Assembly (NCBI RefSeq): GCF_006345805.1
Contig: NW_021833256.1
Location: 1-64,000, forward strand
Reading direction: 5' to 3'
Source: Octopus sinensis
Taxonomy: Eukaryota
DNA: 64,000 bases
Positions 26,526 through 40,077 of the stretch are shown in pieces. The notes under the pieces are model-generated. The model had not been told where the DNA came from. It made no database searches and saw only the letters and a list, made by a program, of their open reading frames with translations. The position numbers and the translations under genes were made by a program. Positions within the stretch are counted from its first letter, which is position 1; each line of letters opens with the position of its first letter.

Positions 26526-26894
26526 ATTTGTATATATGCATACATGGCATAGATGTGTGGTAAGAAACTTGCTTCCCAACCACATGGTTCCGGGTTCAGT
26601 CCCACTGTGTGGCACCTTGGGCAAGTGTCTTCTGCTATAGCCTCAGGCTAACCAAAGCCTTGTGTGTAGATTTGGTAGATGAAAACTGAAAGAAGCCTGC
26701 TGTATATGTATGTATATATATGAATATGCATATATGTATGTATCAGTGTTTGTCCCACCACCATTGCTTATCAGTTCAGCAAAAGAGGCCGATAGAGTAA
26801 GTACGAGGCCCACAAAGAACAAGTCCTAGGCCGATTTGTTCAACTAAAGGCAGTGCTCCAGTATGGCCGTAGTCAACTGACTGAAACAACTAAA

Positions 26895-27333
26895 AGAATA
26901 CATATACACACACACACACATACATATATACACACACGCATATATATACACATATGTGTATATATATATATGTGTGTGTATATGTATATATATGTGTGTG
27001 TGTATATATATATATGTGTGTGTGTATATGTATATATATATATGTGTGTATATGTTATATATATATGTGTGTATATATATATATATTATATGTGTGTGTA
27101 TATATATATTATGTGTGTATATATATATATATGTGTGTATATATATATATATGTGTGTATATATATATATGTGTATATATAGTATATATATATATGTGTG
27201 TGTATATATATATATATGTGTGTATATATATATATATATGTATATATATATGTATATACATATATACATACACACGTGTACATATATATATACACATATT
27301 TATACACATATATACATAAATATATGTGTGTAT

Positions 27334-27366
<33 letters not shown>

Positions 27367-27446
27367 CATATATATACATACACACGTGTACATATATATA
27401 TACACACATACATATTTATACACATATATACATAAATATATGTGTG

Positions 27447-27477
<31 letters not shown>

Positions 27478-27520
27478 CTTTTTCTCTATATATATATCTA
27501 TATATACACACACCTATATA
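26895..27520. repeat. Compound (TA)/(TG)/(CA) microsatellite with a 110-bp higher-order duplication
   Basis: cacacgtgtac recurs at 27271 and 27381 with near-identical surroundings. Confidence 0.9.
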
Positions 27521-27762
27521 CACCCATCAGTGAGACTACAATTGATACTGTACCTCTGCTGCCACCTGAAGATTGAGGAAAGGTCACCTCGTAGTGTGCA
27601 GGTCTGGGGTGGTCTGTGCACTTAGTTGCATCCGGTTGCATCTTGAAGTTTTGTTTTTGTTTTTTTTTTTTGTCTTGCAGGGTGGTGAACAAACTGCTTT
27701 CTTATTGGTTGCTTTGGTGAAGAATTCTAGCTAAAAATAGAAACTTCGGAGTTCATTCTTTG

Positions 27763-27776
27763 ATGAATCATTTTGA
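27763..27776 (+). CDS. Inferred first coding segment (M-N-H-F-E) of the DGCR2-like gene, at the end of an otherwise non-coding exon 27681-27776
   Basis: Strong acceptor ttttgtttttg(t)n gtcttgcag ends at 27680 and donor gtatgt starts at 27777. All three frames have stops before ATG 27763. ATG AAT CAT TTT GA ends in phase 2, matching the phase-2 start of exon 40348. Confidence 0.6.
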
Positions 27777-27831
27777 GTATGTTGTAATGCAATGCTAGTG
27801 ACTAAAAAATAACTAATCTCTCTCACTCTCT

Positions 27832-27862
<31 letters not shown>

Positions 27863-27975
27863 CATTATTTTGTCTTCCTCTTTTGTGTATCTCTCTCTAT
27901 TTGTCTTTCAATTTTTTTGTCTCACTTATGTGATATGTATGTGTGTGTATATATACATATATGTCTGCATGTGTG

Positions 27976-28012
<37 letters not shown>

Positions 28013-28049
28013 TACACACACACACACACACATGCAGACATATAGAACA

Positions 28050-28097
<48 letters not shown>

Positions 28098-28180
28098 TGT
28101 TCCATATTTTTCTTTATCTCTATTGTATTTACACTTTTCATCCTCTACCACACTTTCATGTGTGTGCTTTATACATATGC

Positions 28181-28219
<39 letters not shown>

Positions 28220-28552
28220 TTATACTTTCCTTCCTTTCTCTCTCTCTCTCTCTCTCACTCTCTCTCTCTCTCTCTCTCTCTTTGAAAAATGATAGTTGCC
28301 TTAAATGTCAGAGATTGCTTCTAGTTTCTCTGGTGTGGTTCACATTCTGTACTTCATCATTATTTGGATATGAACATTGAAGAAAGACATGGCTTTCGCT
28401 GGTCATTGTGATGGTGATGGTGATGGTGGTGTTGTCGTGGTGATTGGTGTTGTGTTATCACTGCCGTCTGAGTCATAATACACTGACAGTTTGATCACAC
28501 CAGTGGCGTGACTCACAGGCCGCTGTGATAGTCTTTCAGTGTCTCAACCATA

Positions 28553-29290
28553 CATTATGTAATGTCATAGTCTGCTGTGCTGTGATGTGATGTGATGTTG
28601 TTCAGTCATAGCGTGATGACTTTCATGGTTTGCCCATAGGCTTTGAGATGTCATGATGTAATTGTGCTGTAATGTAAATGTTGTTCTGTCATAACATGGC
28701 GTCTTTATTGTTTTAACTATAGATTATGGGATGTCATAGTTTGCTGTGCTGTGATGTTGTTTAGTCATAAACATGATGACTTTATTGCCTTATCTATAGA
28801 CTAAGATGTGTCATAGAGTGCTGTGATGTGATGGTGTTTAGTCGTAACATGATGACTTTACTGTCTTAGATGTAGACTAAGATGTGTCATAGTGTGCTGT
28901 GATGTGATGGTGTTTAGTCGTAACATGATGACTTTACTGTCTTTTCTGTAGACTAAGATGTGTCATAGTGTGCTGTGATGTGATGGTGTTTAGTCGTAAC
29001 ATGATGTCTTTACTGTCTTTTCTGTAGACTAAGAGGTGTCATAGTATGTTGTGATGTGATGGTGTTTAGTCATAACATGATGACTTTACTGTCTTAGATG
29101 TAGACTAAGATGTGTCATAGTATGTTGTGATGTGATGTATTGTTCAGCCATGCCATGATGACTAGTTTCTTATCTATAGATTAAGATATGTCATAGTGTG
29201 CTGTAATATAATGGGTTTTTTTTTTGTCATAACATGATTACTACAGCTGTAGATTAAGATGTCATAAAGTTGTGATGTACTTACTATGAT
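28553..29290. repeat. 76-bp minisatellite, about 9-10 copies
   Basis: gactaagatg anchor at 28799, 28875, 28951, 29027, 29103 and 29179 (period 76); edge units are diverged. Confidence 0.95.
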
Positions 29291-29624
29291 GGTGGTAAAC
29301 TACTATGTTGTCTTTTGTGTCTCATTTGTAAGCTATGTCTTGTCACATATAGTTCAGTCCTAGGTTTTGGAAGCACTGATTAGGTTTTGGGTTCTTAGCT
29401 GCATTTGTCCCCCATTGCCACCTGACAGCTGGTGTTGGTGTGTTTACATCCCCATAACTTAGCTGTTTAGCAAAAGAGACCAGCAGAATTAGGACCAGGC
29501 TTTAAGAAAGAGGTCCTGGGGTCTATTCGTCTGACAAAATCCCATTAAGGCTATGCCCCAGCATGGTTGCAGTCTAATGACTGAAACAAGTAAAAGATAG
29601 AAGATATATACACATATACACAAG

Positions 29625-30015
29625 TGTGGCTGTGTAGTAAGTAGCTTGTTTACTAACCACATGGTTCCGGGTTCAGTCCCACTGCGTGGCACCTTGGGCA
29701 AGTGTCTTCTACTATAGCCTTGGGCCGACCAAAGCCTTGTGAGTGGATTTGGCAGACGGAAACTGGAAGAAGCCCGTCGTATATATGTATGTGCATGTGT
29801 GTGTTTGTGTGTCTGTGTTTGTCCCCCTAGCATTGCTTGACAACCAATGCTGGTGTGTTTATGTCCCCGTTATTTAACGGTTCAGCAAAAGAGACCGATA
29901 GAATAAGTACTGGGCTTACAAAAGAATAAGTCCCGGGGTCGAGTTGCTCGATTAAAGGCGGTGCTCCAGCATGGCTGCAGTCAAATGACTGAAACAAGTA
30001 AAAGAGTAAAAGAGA
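29625..30015 (+). mobile_element. tRNA-derived SINE family A (representative). About 20 copies, e.g. 6335-6700(-), 11970-12362(-), 13505-13880(-), 20960-21460(-), 24208-24695(+), 26545-26900(+), 30835-31225(+), 31410-31850(+), 32918-33310(+), 33330-33765(-), 52010-52408(-), 52915-53355(+), 56150-56520(-), 58222-58650(-)
   Basis: Head gtggctgtgtggtaag...ggttccgggttcagtccc, body accttgggcaagtgtcttc, internal variable (TA/TG)n, tail ...gactgaaacaagtaaaaga. Confidence 0.9.
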
Positions 30016-31578
30016 GAGTATACATTAATAAGCAAAAGATACACACTACCATATTTATTAGTACAAACCTGCTATCTTAAACATAGCTGTATTGACATTT
30101 TTTTTTTTTGTATATGGTGAATTACTAGTGCATATATGCAGGCAGTGTAAATGTGCTACCTAGTGGCATTTCTTCAAGCTCTTTATGTTCTGAGATCTAA
30201 TCCCACCAGGATCAACTGTGCCTTTCATCCTTTCAGCAGGGGTCAATAAAATAAAGTACCAATTAAGTACCAATAAAGTACTGGGGTCAGTGCTAATGAC
30301 TTATTCCCTCTCCCACTAAAATTGTTGGCCTTGTGCCAAAATTTGAAACAATTATTATTAATAAAGGGTGTCCATAAATTTCCAAAACTGGACTGTCTCT
30401 TCCAGTCCACCAGTTGCATTAAGAAACTCTGAAACACTCAACACCTCCCCAATAGGACAGTGCATCATCATCATCATTGTTTAACGTCCGTTTTCCGCGC
30501 TAGCATGGGTTGGACGGTTTGACCGGGGTCTGGGAAGCCAGGAGGCTGCACCAGGCTCCAGTCTGATCTGGCAGTTTTTGTACAGCTGGATGCCCTTCCT
30601 AACGCCAACCACTCCGCGAGTGTAATGGGTGCTTTTTACGTGCCAGGGGAGTCTGGCACTGGCCACGATCGGTTGGTGCTTTTATCGTGCCGGAAAATCA
30701 CAGATGGTTGCAAGCAGTGCAACTGTGGTACAACAAATTCTTTTCTGAATTTTTCAAATTGTTAAGGTTATCAAGGAAGATCCTATACACACGTGTCTCC
30801 AACAACTTTAGCCACATTTTTTAATTCAGTACTTGACTGTGTGGTAAGATGCTTGCTTCCCAACCACATGGTTCCGGGTTCAGTCTTATTGTGTGGCACC
30901 TTGGGGAAGTGCCTTTTGCTATAGCCTCAGGCCAGCCAAAGCCTTGTGAGTGGATTTGACAGACGGAAACCGAAAGAAGCCCATTGTATATACATGTATG
31001 AATATCTGTGCTTGTGTGTGTGTGTCTTTGTTTGTTCCTTCACTAACACTTGACAATTGGTGTTGGTGTGTTTACAGACCTGTAACTTAGCAGTTCAACA
31101 AAAGAGACCAATAGGCCAAGTACCAGGCTTTAAAAAAAGTACTGAGCTTGATTCATCTGACTAAAAAAATTCTTCAAGCAGTGCCCCAGCATGGTCGCAG
31201 TCAAATGACTGAAACAAGTAAAAGACAAAAGATACCACACATGGGCATGTTTATAGAAATCAACAAGAAAATTACAGCAAAGCTGTGTGATGGTGATGTC
31301 AGACATGCAGTGCAGACCATCATATAACTTGTTTATGCCTCTCTTCTGTTTTATTTTGACACGCACATTGTGTTTTTATTCTTCTCTTCCATTTTAAAAA
31401 ATTCAGTATAGGCACAGGAGTTGCTGTGTGGTAAGTAGCTTGCTTACCAACCACATGGTTCCAGGTTCAGTCCCACTGCGTGGCACCTTGGCCACGTGTC
31501 TTCTACTATAGCCTTGGGCCGACCAAAGCCTTGTGAGTGGATTTGGTAGACAGATTTGGAAACTGAAAGAAGCCTGTC

Positions 31579-31643
<65 letters not shown>

Positions 31644-31989
31644 ATATTTTTTGTGTGTCTGTGTTTGTCCCCCAACATCGCTTGACAACTGATGCTAGTT
31701 TGTTTACGTCCCTGTAACTTAGCAATTCGGCAAAAGAGACCGATAGAATAAGTACTATGCTTACAAAGAACAAGTCATGGGGTTGATTTGCTCGACTAAA
31801 GGCGGTGCTCCAGCATGGCCACAGTCAAATGACTGAAACAAGTAAAAGAGTACATGTGCATTGTGTGCTCATACTTCGCTTTCTGGTTCCTACTCAAAAC
31901 TTTGCAGATCACAACCATCTCACCAACCTGCGTTTGTAAGGAGCACTTCGTGCTCTGGTGGTTGTGGAAAAAGCACACCCCCCCCCCCT

Positions 31990-32290
31990 CTTGACTTTTA
32001 GAAACATATTTTTCATGCCGAGAATTGTCAAAGCATGGAATAAACTACCCGCATCGTTTGTTAGATATCAGATCACTGCATCCTTCAAAAATTCCATACT
32101 TCCTGAAATTTACTCATCACTACTCCCCACATACCAATGCATTTTTTACTGTTTATGACTCTTTTACTGCTCACTTTCCTGTCTTGTAATTTATTCTCTG
32201 TACTATGCATGTACTTTTAGCTTTAATTGGTGTCTTTATTTTTGGACTTCTGGTTTATTTCTGTCCCCACTTTTACGTTTTCCTGATGAG
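31990..32290 (+). mobile_element. Older CR1/L2-type LINE 3' end; related copy at about 53585-53900
   Basis: FFMPRIVKAWNKLP...SFKNSILPEI; the 3'UTR is shared between the two copies. Confidence 0.6.
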
Positions 32291-32870
32291 ATATAGTGTA
32301 TTGTAATACATTAAAGTTTGTTACTATTAAAAGTGGTGAGCTGGCTGAATGGTTAGCACACCAGACAAAATGCTTAGCAGTATTTCTATTTCTTCCAGCT
32401 TTACATTCTAGCTCAAATTCCACCAAGGTTGACTTTGCCTTTCATCCATTCAGGGTGGATGAAACAGGATACCAGTCAACTTCTGGGGTTGATGTAATCA
32501 ACTTACTCTCTCCCTTAAAATTTTAGGCCTTATGCGTATTGTAGAAAAGATTATTATTAAAGGTGGCGAGTTGACAGAATCATTAGCATGCCAGGTAAAG
32601 GGCTTGGTGATATTCCATCTGTCTTTATGTTCTGAGTTCAAATTCCGCAAAGGTCAGCTTTGCTTTTCATCCTTTCAGGGTCAATAAAATAAGTAGCTGT
32701 TGAATACTGGGGCTGATGTAATCAACTACCCACCCACTTCTCAAAATTTCAGGCCTTGTGCTCATAGCAGAAAGAATTGTTATTATTATTTTTAACGTTG
32801 TTGTTATCATAATACAAAATATCATTGCTGTTATTATAGACATTGAGTATGAGATAGGAGGGTGTATGTA

Positions 32871-32918
<48 letters not shown>

Positions 32919-33540
32919 CACAGGCATGGCTATATGATAAGAAGCTTGCTTCTGAACTACATGATTCTGGGTTCAGTCCCACTGCATGGCACCTTGAGCA
33001 AGTGTCTTCTACTATCACCTTGGGTCAACCAAAGCCTTGTGAGTGAATTTGGTTGATGGAAACTGAAAGAAGCCTGTTGTATATACATATATGTATATAC
33101 CTATGTGTGTGTGTCTGTCCCTGCCATCACCGTTTGACACCTGTTGTTGGTGTTTTTAAGTCCCCATAACTTACCAGTTCGGCAAAAGAAACCAATAGGA
33201 TACATACCAGGCTTAAGAAATAAGTCCTGGGGTTGATTTGTTTGACTAAAACCTTTCAAGGCAGTGCTCCAGCATGGCTGCAGTCAAGTGACTGAAACAA
33301 GTAAAAGAATAAAATACACACACGCATATATACTTTTTACTTGTTTCAGTCATTTGACTGAGGCCATGCTGGAGCACTGCCTTTAGTCGAGCAAATCAAC
33401 ACCAGGACTTGTTCTTTGTAAGCCTAGTACTTATTCTATCGGTCTCTTTTGCTGAACCACTAAGTTACAGGGATTAAACACACCAGCATCGGTTGTCAAG
33501 CGATGTTGGAGGGGACAAACACAGACACACAAACATATAC

Positions 33541-33598
<58 letters not shown>

Positions 33599-35002
33599 AT
33601 GACCGGCTTCTTTCAGTTTCCGTCTACCAAATCCATTCACAAGGCTTTGGTTGGCCTGAGGCTATAGTAGAAGACACTTGCCCATGGTGTCATGCAGTGG
33701 GACAGAACCCGGAACCATGTGGTTGGTAAGCAAGCTACTTATCACACAGCCACTCCTGTGCCTATACATATACATACATACAAAGACATATTTTTGTTAC
33801 CAAGTTCATATCCATACATAAAATTTATTATAGTGACAAACAGAAGTAAAATCCAATTTCAGTACATAAGTGTATATTTATGTATATATGTGTGTGTCTA
33901 TGTGCGAACGAATGGCTTGTTGCACTATGTAAGCTCTATTTGTGTGTGTGTCAGTCTGTCAGTGTATTTTTGCTTATGTTGTGTCATAGTGTTTTCGTGT
34001 AGTCGCCTGTCTTTCTGGCTACAGACAGCATTACACTTATGTGTTTATCTGAGTCTGTGCCTTTGTGTGTCAACATCTGTATTTATGGACATCCCCATTT
34101 ATATGTGTGCGTGAGAGAGAGAAAGAACACGTGAGTGTTTGTAAGTCTCTGTCTATAGATGTATGTACGTGTGTGCTTCTTTCTCCATCGCCTGATTTTT
34201 TAAAAATATTTTTACAGGCTTTGTATTGTTAATTAAAAAATCATTGTTTGTAATTGTGTTTATTAGATTTCATATCGATGATTACAAAGGTAAAAATAAT
34301 ATATTCTCTTTGTGTAGCTGTGAGTTTGCTTTGTGAGATCTGAGTGAAGGTTTTTTTTTGTTGTTATTTTTTTCCAAGAATGAATGATAGCAAATGATTT
34401 CATTGGTTGCAAAAGACTAATCAAACACTACTACATTGATATGACACTCTATATAATTTTGGTTCTGCACATGTTCTGTTCAAATGGAAAGAAGTTCAGG
34501 TGGTTCAACTATTCTGTTGATAATAATAATAATAATGATGATGATAATAATAATAATCTTTTCTACTATAGGCACAAGGCCTGAAATTTTGGGGGAGGGG
34601 ACTAGTTGAGTACATTGACCCAGTGTGTAGCCAGTACTTAATTTACCGACCCCGAAAGGATGAAAGGGCAAAGTCGACCTCAGAGGAATTTGAACTCAGA
34701 ATGTATAGACGAGCAAAATACCGCTAAGCATTTTTGACCGATATGCTAATGATTCTGCCAGCTCACCACTTTAATTATTATTATTATTAGCAGCTATCTG
34801 ACCTCCGTGCCGGTGGCACGTAAAAGGCACCATTCGAGCATGATCGTTACCAGCATCGCCTTACTGGCACCTGTGCCGGTGGCATGTGTAAAAGATTTGA
34901 GCGAGGTTGATGCCAGTACCGTCTGACTGGCCCCATGCCAGTGGCATGTAAAAGCACCCACTACACTCTCAGAGTGGTTGGCGTTAGGAAGGGCATCCAG
35001 CT

Positions 35003-36050
35003 GTAGGATGTGTGCCTAGAAGTTCTATTTTCTGTATGTTATATACATTTGTAAAGTCCTGGCGTTTTGGTCATGTATTTGTCTGAATGCTTTTCAATCA
35101 TATCTAATGCACCTATTATTATAAGGATTGTTTCTGTTCTTAGGCTCCACATTTGGGTTATCTCTATTTCCAGATCTTTGTATTTTGAGAGTTTCTCCAT
35201 ATCTTTTAGAGATAGATTACCATCTGTTGGGATTGGTACATCAATTAGAAAGCATTTTTTTTCCTTGGTGATCTCCGACAACTATATCCAGCTTATTAGC
35301 CTTGATTTCTCTATCTGTGTGTATTGACATATCCCAGAGTGTGGCTGCTTTGTCATTTTCTGTGACGCTTTCTGGCATGTGCTTATACCATCATTTTTCT
35401 CTTGTTATTCCATAGTGTTGGCATAGCTTCCAGTGTATATAGGTCTGTTATGTCTGTGGATATATTCCTTCTTAGAATCTGAGATTCTATGTATATCGCT
35501 GACGGAGGATTTGTTACTATGTCTAGCCACGGACGTTTGCCTTTGGCAAGACCAAGGAAGGCCGAAACCATATAATATGGCAGTTTCAGCTGTGGTATCA
35601 GATGAGTACTTCCCGCCAGCGATATAAAAACGAGTGCTTATATACACCATAAGTCAATATGAGAGGTTCATCTCATGATAACTGTCGTGTCTGTGAATAT
35701 ATTCCTTCTTAGCCAGGACTGGGCAGCCAGAGACAATATGATTTATCGTTTCTTCCCCATCACCACATATTCTGCAGTTGTATTTTACTTCATTATATGT
35801 TTCTGATGGTTTCTGGTGGGGAGGTTTTGATCTTGTGCTGCAATAAAAAAAAATCTTTCAGTTTCTGCTTTGAGTCCTGAACTTCTCAGCCATTATTGGG
35901 TTTTTACTTTGTCTATTTCTTTTCTGTTTAGCTTATCCCAGTATTTGCCATGTAAGGGCTTTTCTTGCCATTGTTTTATCATGATACTTCGTTGTTCCAG
36001 TTTTAGCTTGGATTTCACTTATTTTACAGCTTTTGTTGTTTCCTCTTTTT
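35003..36050 (-). mobile_element. R4/Dong-type RLE non-LTR retrotransposon 3' fragment
   Basis: WQEKPLHGKY...WLRSSGLKAET..IAAQDQNLPTRN, zinc knuckle CRICG..ETINHIVSGCPVLAKKEYIHRH, and restriction-like endonuclease IKANKLDIVV...FLIDVPIPTDGN...EKLSKYKDLEIEITQMW; contains stops and frameshifts. Confidence 0.85.
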
Positions 36051-36730
36051 CTGCCGGGCCTGCCTGAAGTGCGCTCAGAACGATGAAACCATTCTGCATG
36101 CCCTACTCCAGTGTCCGAGTATTGCTGACCTGTGAATTTATGTTGAAGACCTACTGGCACGTGTAGGACAAATCCTGCTATCTACTGAATCCATTGTCAA
36201 GATTGCCATGTCACCCTCCATTGGCTGGGAGGGGCAGGCAATTTTTATTTGTCTAGTGGCTGTAGCAAAAGAGGTAGTATGGTGGACCCATTTGAAAGGG
36301 CTAAAGACAGACACTTTCCTCTTTGGCCAAGCCCTCATCAACTTTTTCAAGTTTCACTTGAAAAGGAAGCTGAGGATGGAGAGGGAACTGTTGCTTTGTA
36401 GCATGTTTGTTGAAAGGTAGGTGAATGTTGGAAGAATGGCCAGTGTGAAAGGTCCACTTCTGAGCATGCACCTTCAAAAAAAGAAAGAGGAGAAGGGCTT
36501 TTGACCTGTTCTTCAGGCACCCATGGCTTTTGTGGGTTTTTCCATGAGGACATTAAAGTGCCTCCCCTATTGGGAGTTTAATTTGTTCCACTTTTTTATT
36601 ATTACTTTGTATACACGTGGAAACCTCCTTGGTATTGTCCTATTTTTGTCTTTTATGTTGTTGCATGTCTTTTAATGTTTTGTATGTGAGCTTTTTGTGG
36701 CCAATAAAAGAATTAATTATTATTATCATT
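36051..36730 (+). mobile_element. Tx1/L1-clade LINE 3' end (5'-truncated)
   Basis: CLKCAQNDETILHALLQCP zinc knuckle ...VAVAKEVVWWTHLKGLKT...FFKFHLKRKL; the 3'UTR has aataaa and an (att)n tail near 36700-36730. Confidence 0.8.
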
Positions 36731-37933
36731 AATGCAGAATAATAATCGTTAGCATGCCAGACAAAATGCTTAGTGGTATTTTGTCCGTCTTTAATTTTCA
36801 AGTTCAAATTCTGTCAAAGTCAGCTTCACCTTTCATCCTTTCGGGGTTGACGTAATCAACTTAACCCCTCCCCCAAAATTGCTGGCCTTGTGCCAAAATT
36901 TGAAATCATTATTATGATGACGATGATGAAGAGGAGGATGTATTGTCAATACATCCGATATCTGTTTAGGACAATGGTAATTTATGACAACACTGAAAAA
37001 TATGACTGTGATAAGATGATGATGATGATGATGATATGATGATTGTGCAATGATGACTATTTGTGGTGATATAATGACTGTACGATATCTGCATGATATG
37101 ATTATGATTATGGTGGTGATGATATTCTTATAATGACACATCATATCATTTCATTCTGTAAATGATTGCGATGACTAAGGTGACAGGATGATAGGATTCT
37201 TTTGCACAAAGGACAAAGTATCATTTTGCAGCATCTCTTTTGGTTCTTTGCATTCTGAGTTCAAATCCCACCAAGATCAACATTGTCTTTCATCCATCTG
37301 GATGAAAGTTAATAAAATAAGTACTAGCCAAAGACTGGCATCAAGATAATCAGCTAGACCCCCCCCCACACACACACATATACACTGCCACCATCACCAT
37401 CACCATCTCACAAAATTGCTGGCCTTGTGCCAATAATACAAAGAATTATGATTATGATGTCTATGACGACCATCCTCAAAATAATGTTACTTGGTTTAAA
37501 AACAGAAATATTATATTTTTAAATCTCTCAAAGAGAGATATACAGTAACAGCATGATAAAGTGATTACGTTTTGCCAGCATAATGTAGCGATCCCAGGAT
37601 AGGATAAATGTTCCTGTTATAAGGACACAGAGCTTTTGTGTTGTGTAGCCAGCTAGAAACGGTGTTACATGGGGCTAAATAACAGTAATATCTATCCCAT
37701 CCTGGGGTTGCCACATTATGTTGGCAAAAAGTCTTTTAGTGCTATTGACACCACCGGATTGAATGGTGCTGTCCAGGTATCGAAACCATAATGATATCTG
37801 TGGGGCAGCTGATGATGGAGGTATGTTGGACTGTTGGTATGGCTGTTTTTGTATATGTGGGATAGTGTTATAACACATCCTTTTGATATACACATATGCA
37901 TACACACACATATTTAGATACACACACACACAC

Positions 37934-37964
<31 letters not shown>

Positions 37965-40045
37965 ATAATAATAATATTAGGGAATATTATTCCAAACTTA
38001 TTTTGTACTTTACTTAATTATTGGTATATGTTTTATCGGATTTCTAATTTTTTCTATATGGCATAATTTAATTATATCATTGCTATTACATTGTTGAATC
38101 GCTACATGGTGATTCTTCTCTAATTTATATGCATATATATATATATATATAATATATCAGATAAAGGGGTTTAAAATAATCTGAGCTGTATTTCAGAAGG
38201 ATTTTTGTGGCCTTTTATTATGATAATATGTATGTATGTACATACATACATGCTTACATATGTCTGTATGAATGAATGAATCATAGGAGCTCTATGACTG
38301 GATGGTTAAGAAATTTGCTTTGCATCTCTATGGTACATGGTTCAATTCCGCTGTGTGGCATCTTAGGTAAATGTCATTTTTTTTATAGCCTTGGATCAGC
38401 CCATATACCATGAGTGAAACTGGGTAGACAGAAACCTTAAGAAAAAAGTCCATCAAGTGGGATTCTACCTGTAATTTAAGAGATACAGCCTCATCACACA
38501 CCAGTGTGTCTTGATGATTCTTCTTGAGAATTATGTTAAGGATACACTTGTCTACCCAACCACTCATATGTTAATTCAATAAGCAGGTTATTCAATTGAT
38601 CGCACAACTGAATCTTCATCATCAAATGACTGAAATTCTCCACTACCACCACCACTGCTGCTGCTGCCATCACCTCCACAACAACCACCACTACCACCAT
38701 ATATGAATAAATTCTAATTCTGTAAAACGGTTTGTGTTTCATTTAATTTTTGTATTTTGTTAGAAAGAATCTCGATGTAAACTTGTGGCGCTAGGCCAAC
38801 CAAAGCCTTGTGAGCAGATTTGGTAGACCAAAGTTGAAAGAAGCCCATTGTGTGTATATATATGTGTGTGTTTTTGTGTGTGTGTGTTTGTGTGTCTGTG
38901 TGTGTCTCCTCATCATCGCTTGACAACTGATGTTGGTGTGTTTACGTCCCCATAACTTAGCAGTTCGGCAAAAGAGACCTATAGAATAAGTACTAGGCTT
39001 ACAAAGAATAAGTCCTGGGGTTGATTCGTTCAACTAAAGGCAGTGCTCCAGCATTCCAGCAGTCAAATGACTGAAACGAGTAAAAGAGTGGAAAAAGAGT
39101 AAAAGAATGTCTGTGGAATACTCAGGCACTTGACCATTAATGCCACAAGCAAGCTATTCCGTTGATTGGATCACCTGGAACCCTCATCGTAATTGACAGA
39201 ATGCCAGTTTTTTTTTTTATATCTAAATACATAACTTAAGTCCATACACATACATGGGCTTCTACACAGTTTCCATTTACCAAATTCCACTCAACATTTT
39301 ATCAGCTAACCCAAGGCTTGTGGAACACTCATTGTAACTGACAGAGAGTCAGTTTATATCATGAGATCAAATCCTGTCCAGGCTAATTTATCCTTTCTAC
39401 TCTAAGAACAAAGCCTGAAATTTGGGGGAGAGGGAAAATTCAATTATATCGACCCTAGTGCTCATCCTTTTCATTGACCCCGAAAGGATGAAGGGCAAAG
39501 TCGACCTCAGCAGAATTTGAACTCGGAATGTAGCAATGGGTGAAATATCGCTAAGCATTTTGTCCAGCGTGTTAATGATTCCGCCAACTCACTGCCTTAT
39601 CTTTCCACAATAAATAATAAATACAAGTCAAGTGGTGGTATTGATATGATCTGCTAACCCCCCCCCCCCCCCAACATATTTTATGACTTTCTGCTTGTGT
39701 CGAGCTCAGCTGTAGTAACAGACTAAATTCTTTGTTGCATTGAATTTTTTTGCTTTCTCTAGGTTCTGAGTTCCAATTCTGGAAGAACCAGTTGTTGTTT
39801 TTGTTTTGGTTTTTTGCATTCCGTTTTATGTCACCCTTAATATTGTTTTATTGTTTTTCCTTTTTGCTGGAGCACTGTCATGAACACACACACATATATA
39901 TACACATGTATACATATGTATATATATATATATGTATATATATACACACACACATATATATATACAGACATGCACATATATATATATATACATATATAAA
40001 CACATACACACATATATATATATATACACATATAAACATATACAC

Positions 40046-40077
<32 letters not shown>

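Noticed and set aside
26844-27625. Many overlapping ORFs rich in Y/I/C/V/H/T (also at 3412-3902, 8159-8846, 18202-18744, 39750-40260, 51124-51569)
   Set aside because: These are translations of (TA)n, (TG)n and (CA)n microsatellites, which lack stops by construction; there is no splice or domain support.
1375-29290. Tandem arrays as possible CRISPR loci
   Set aside because: The units are contiguous with no unique spacers, in eukaryotic context with no cas genes.
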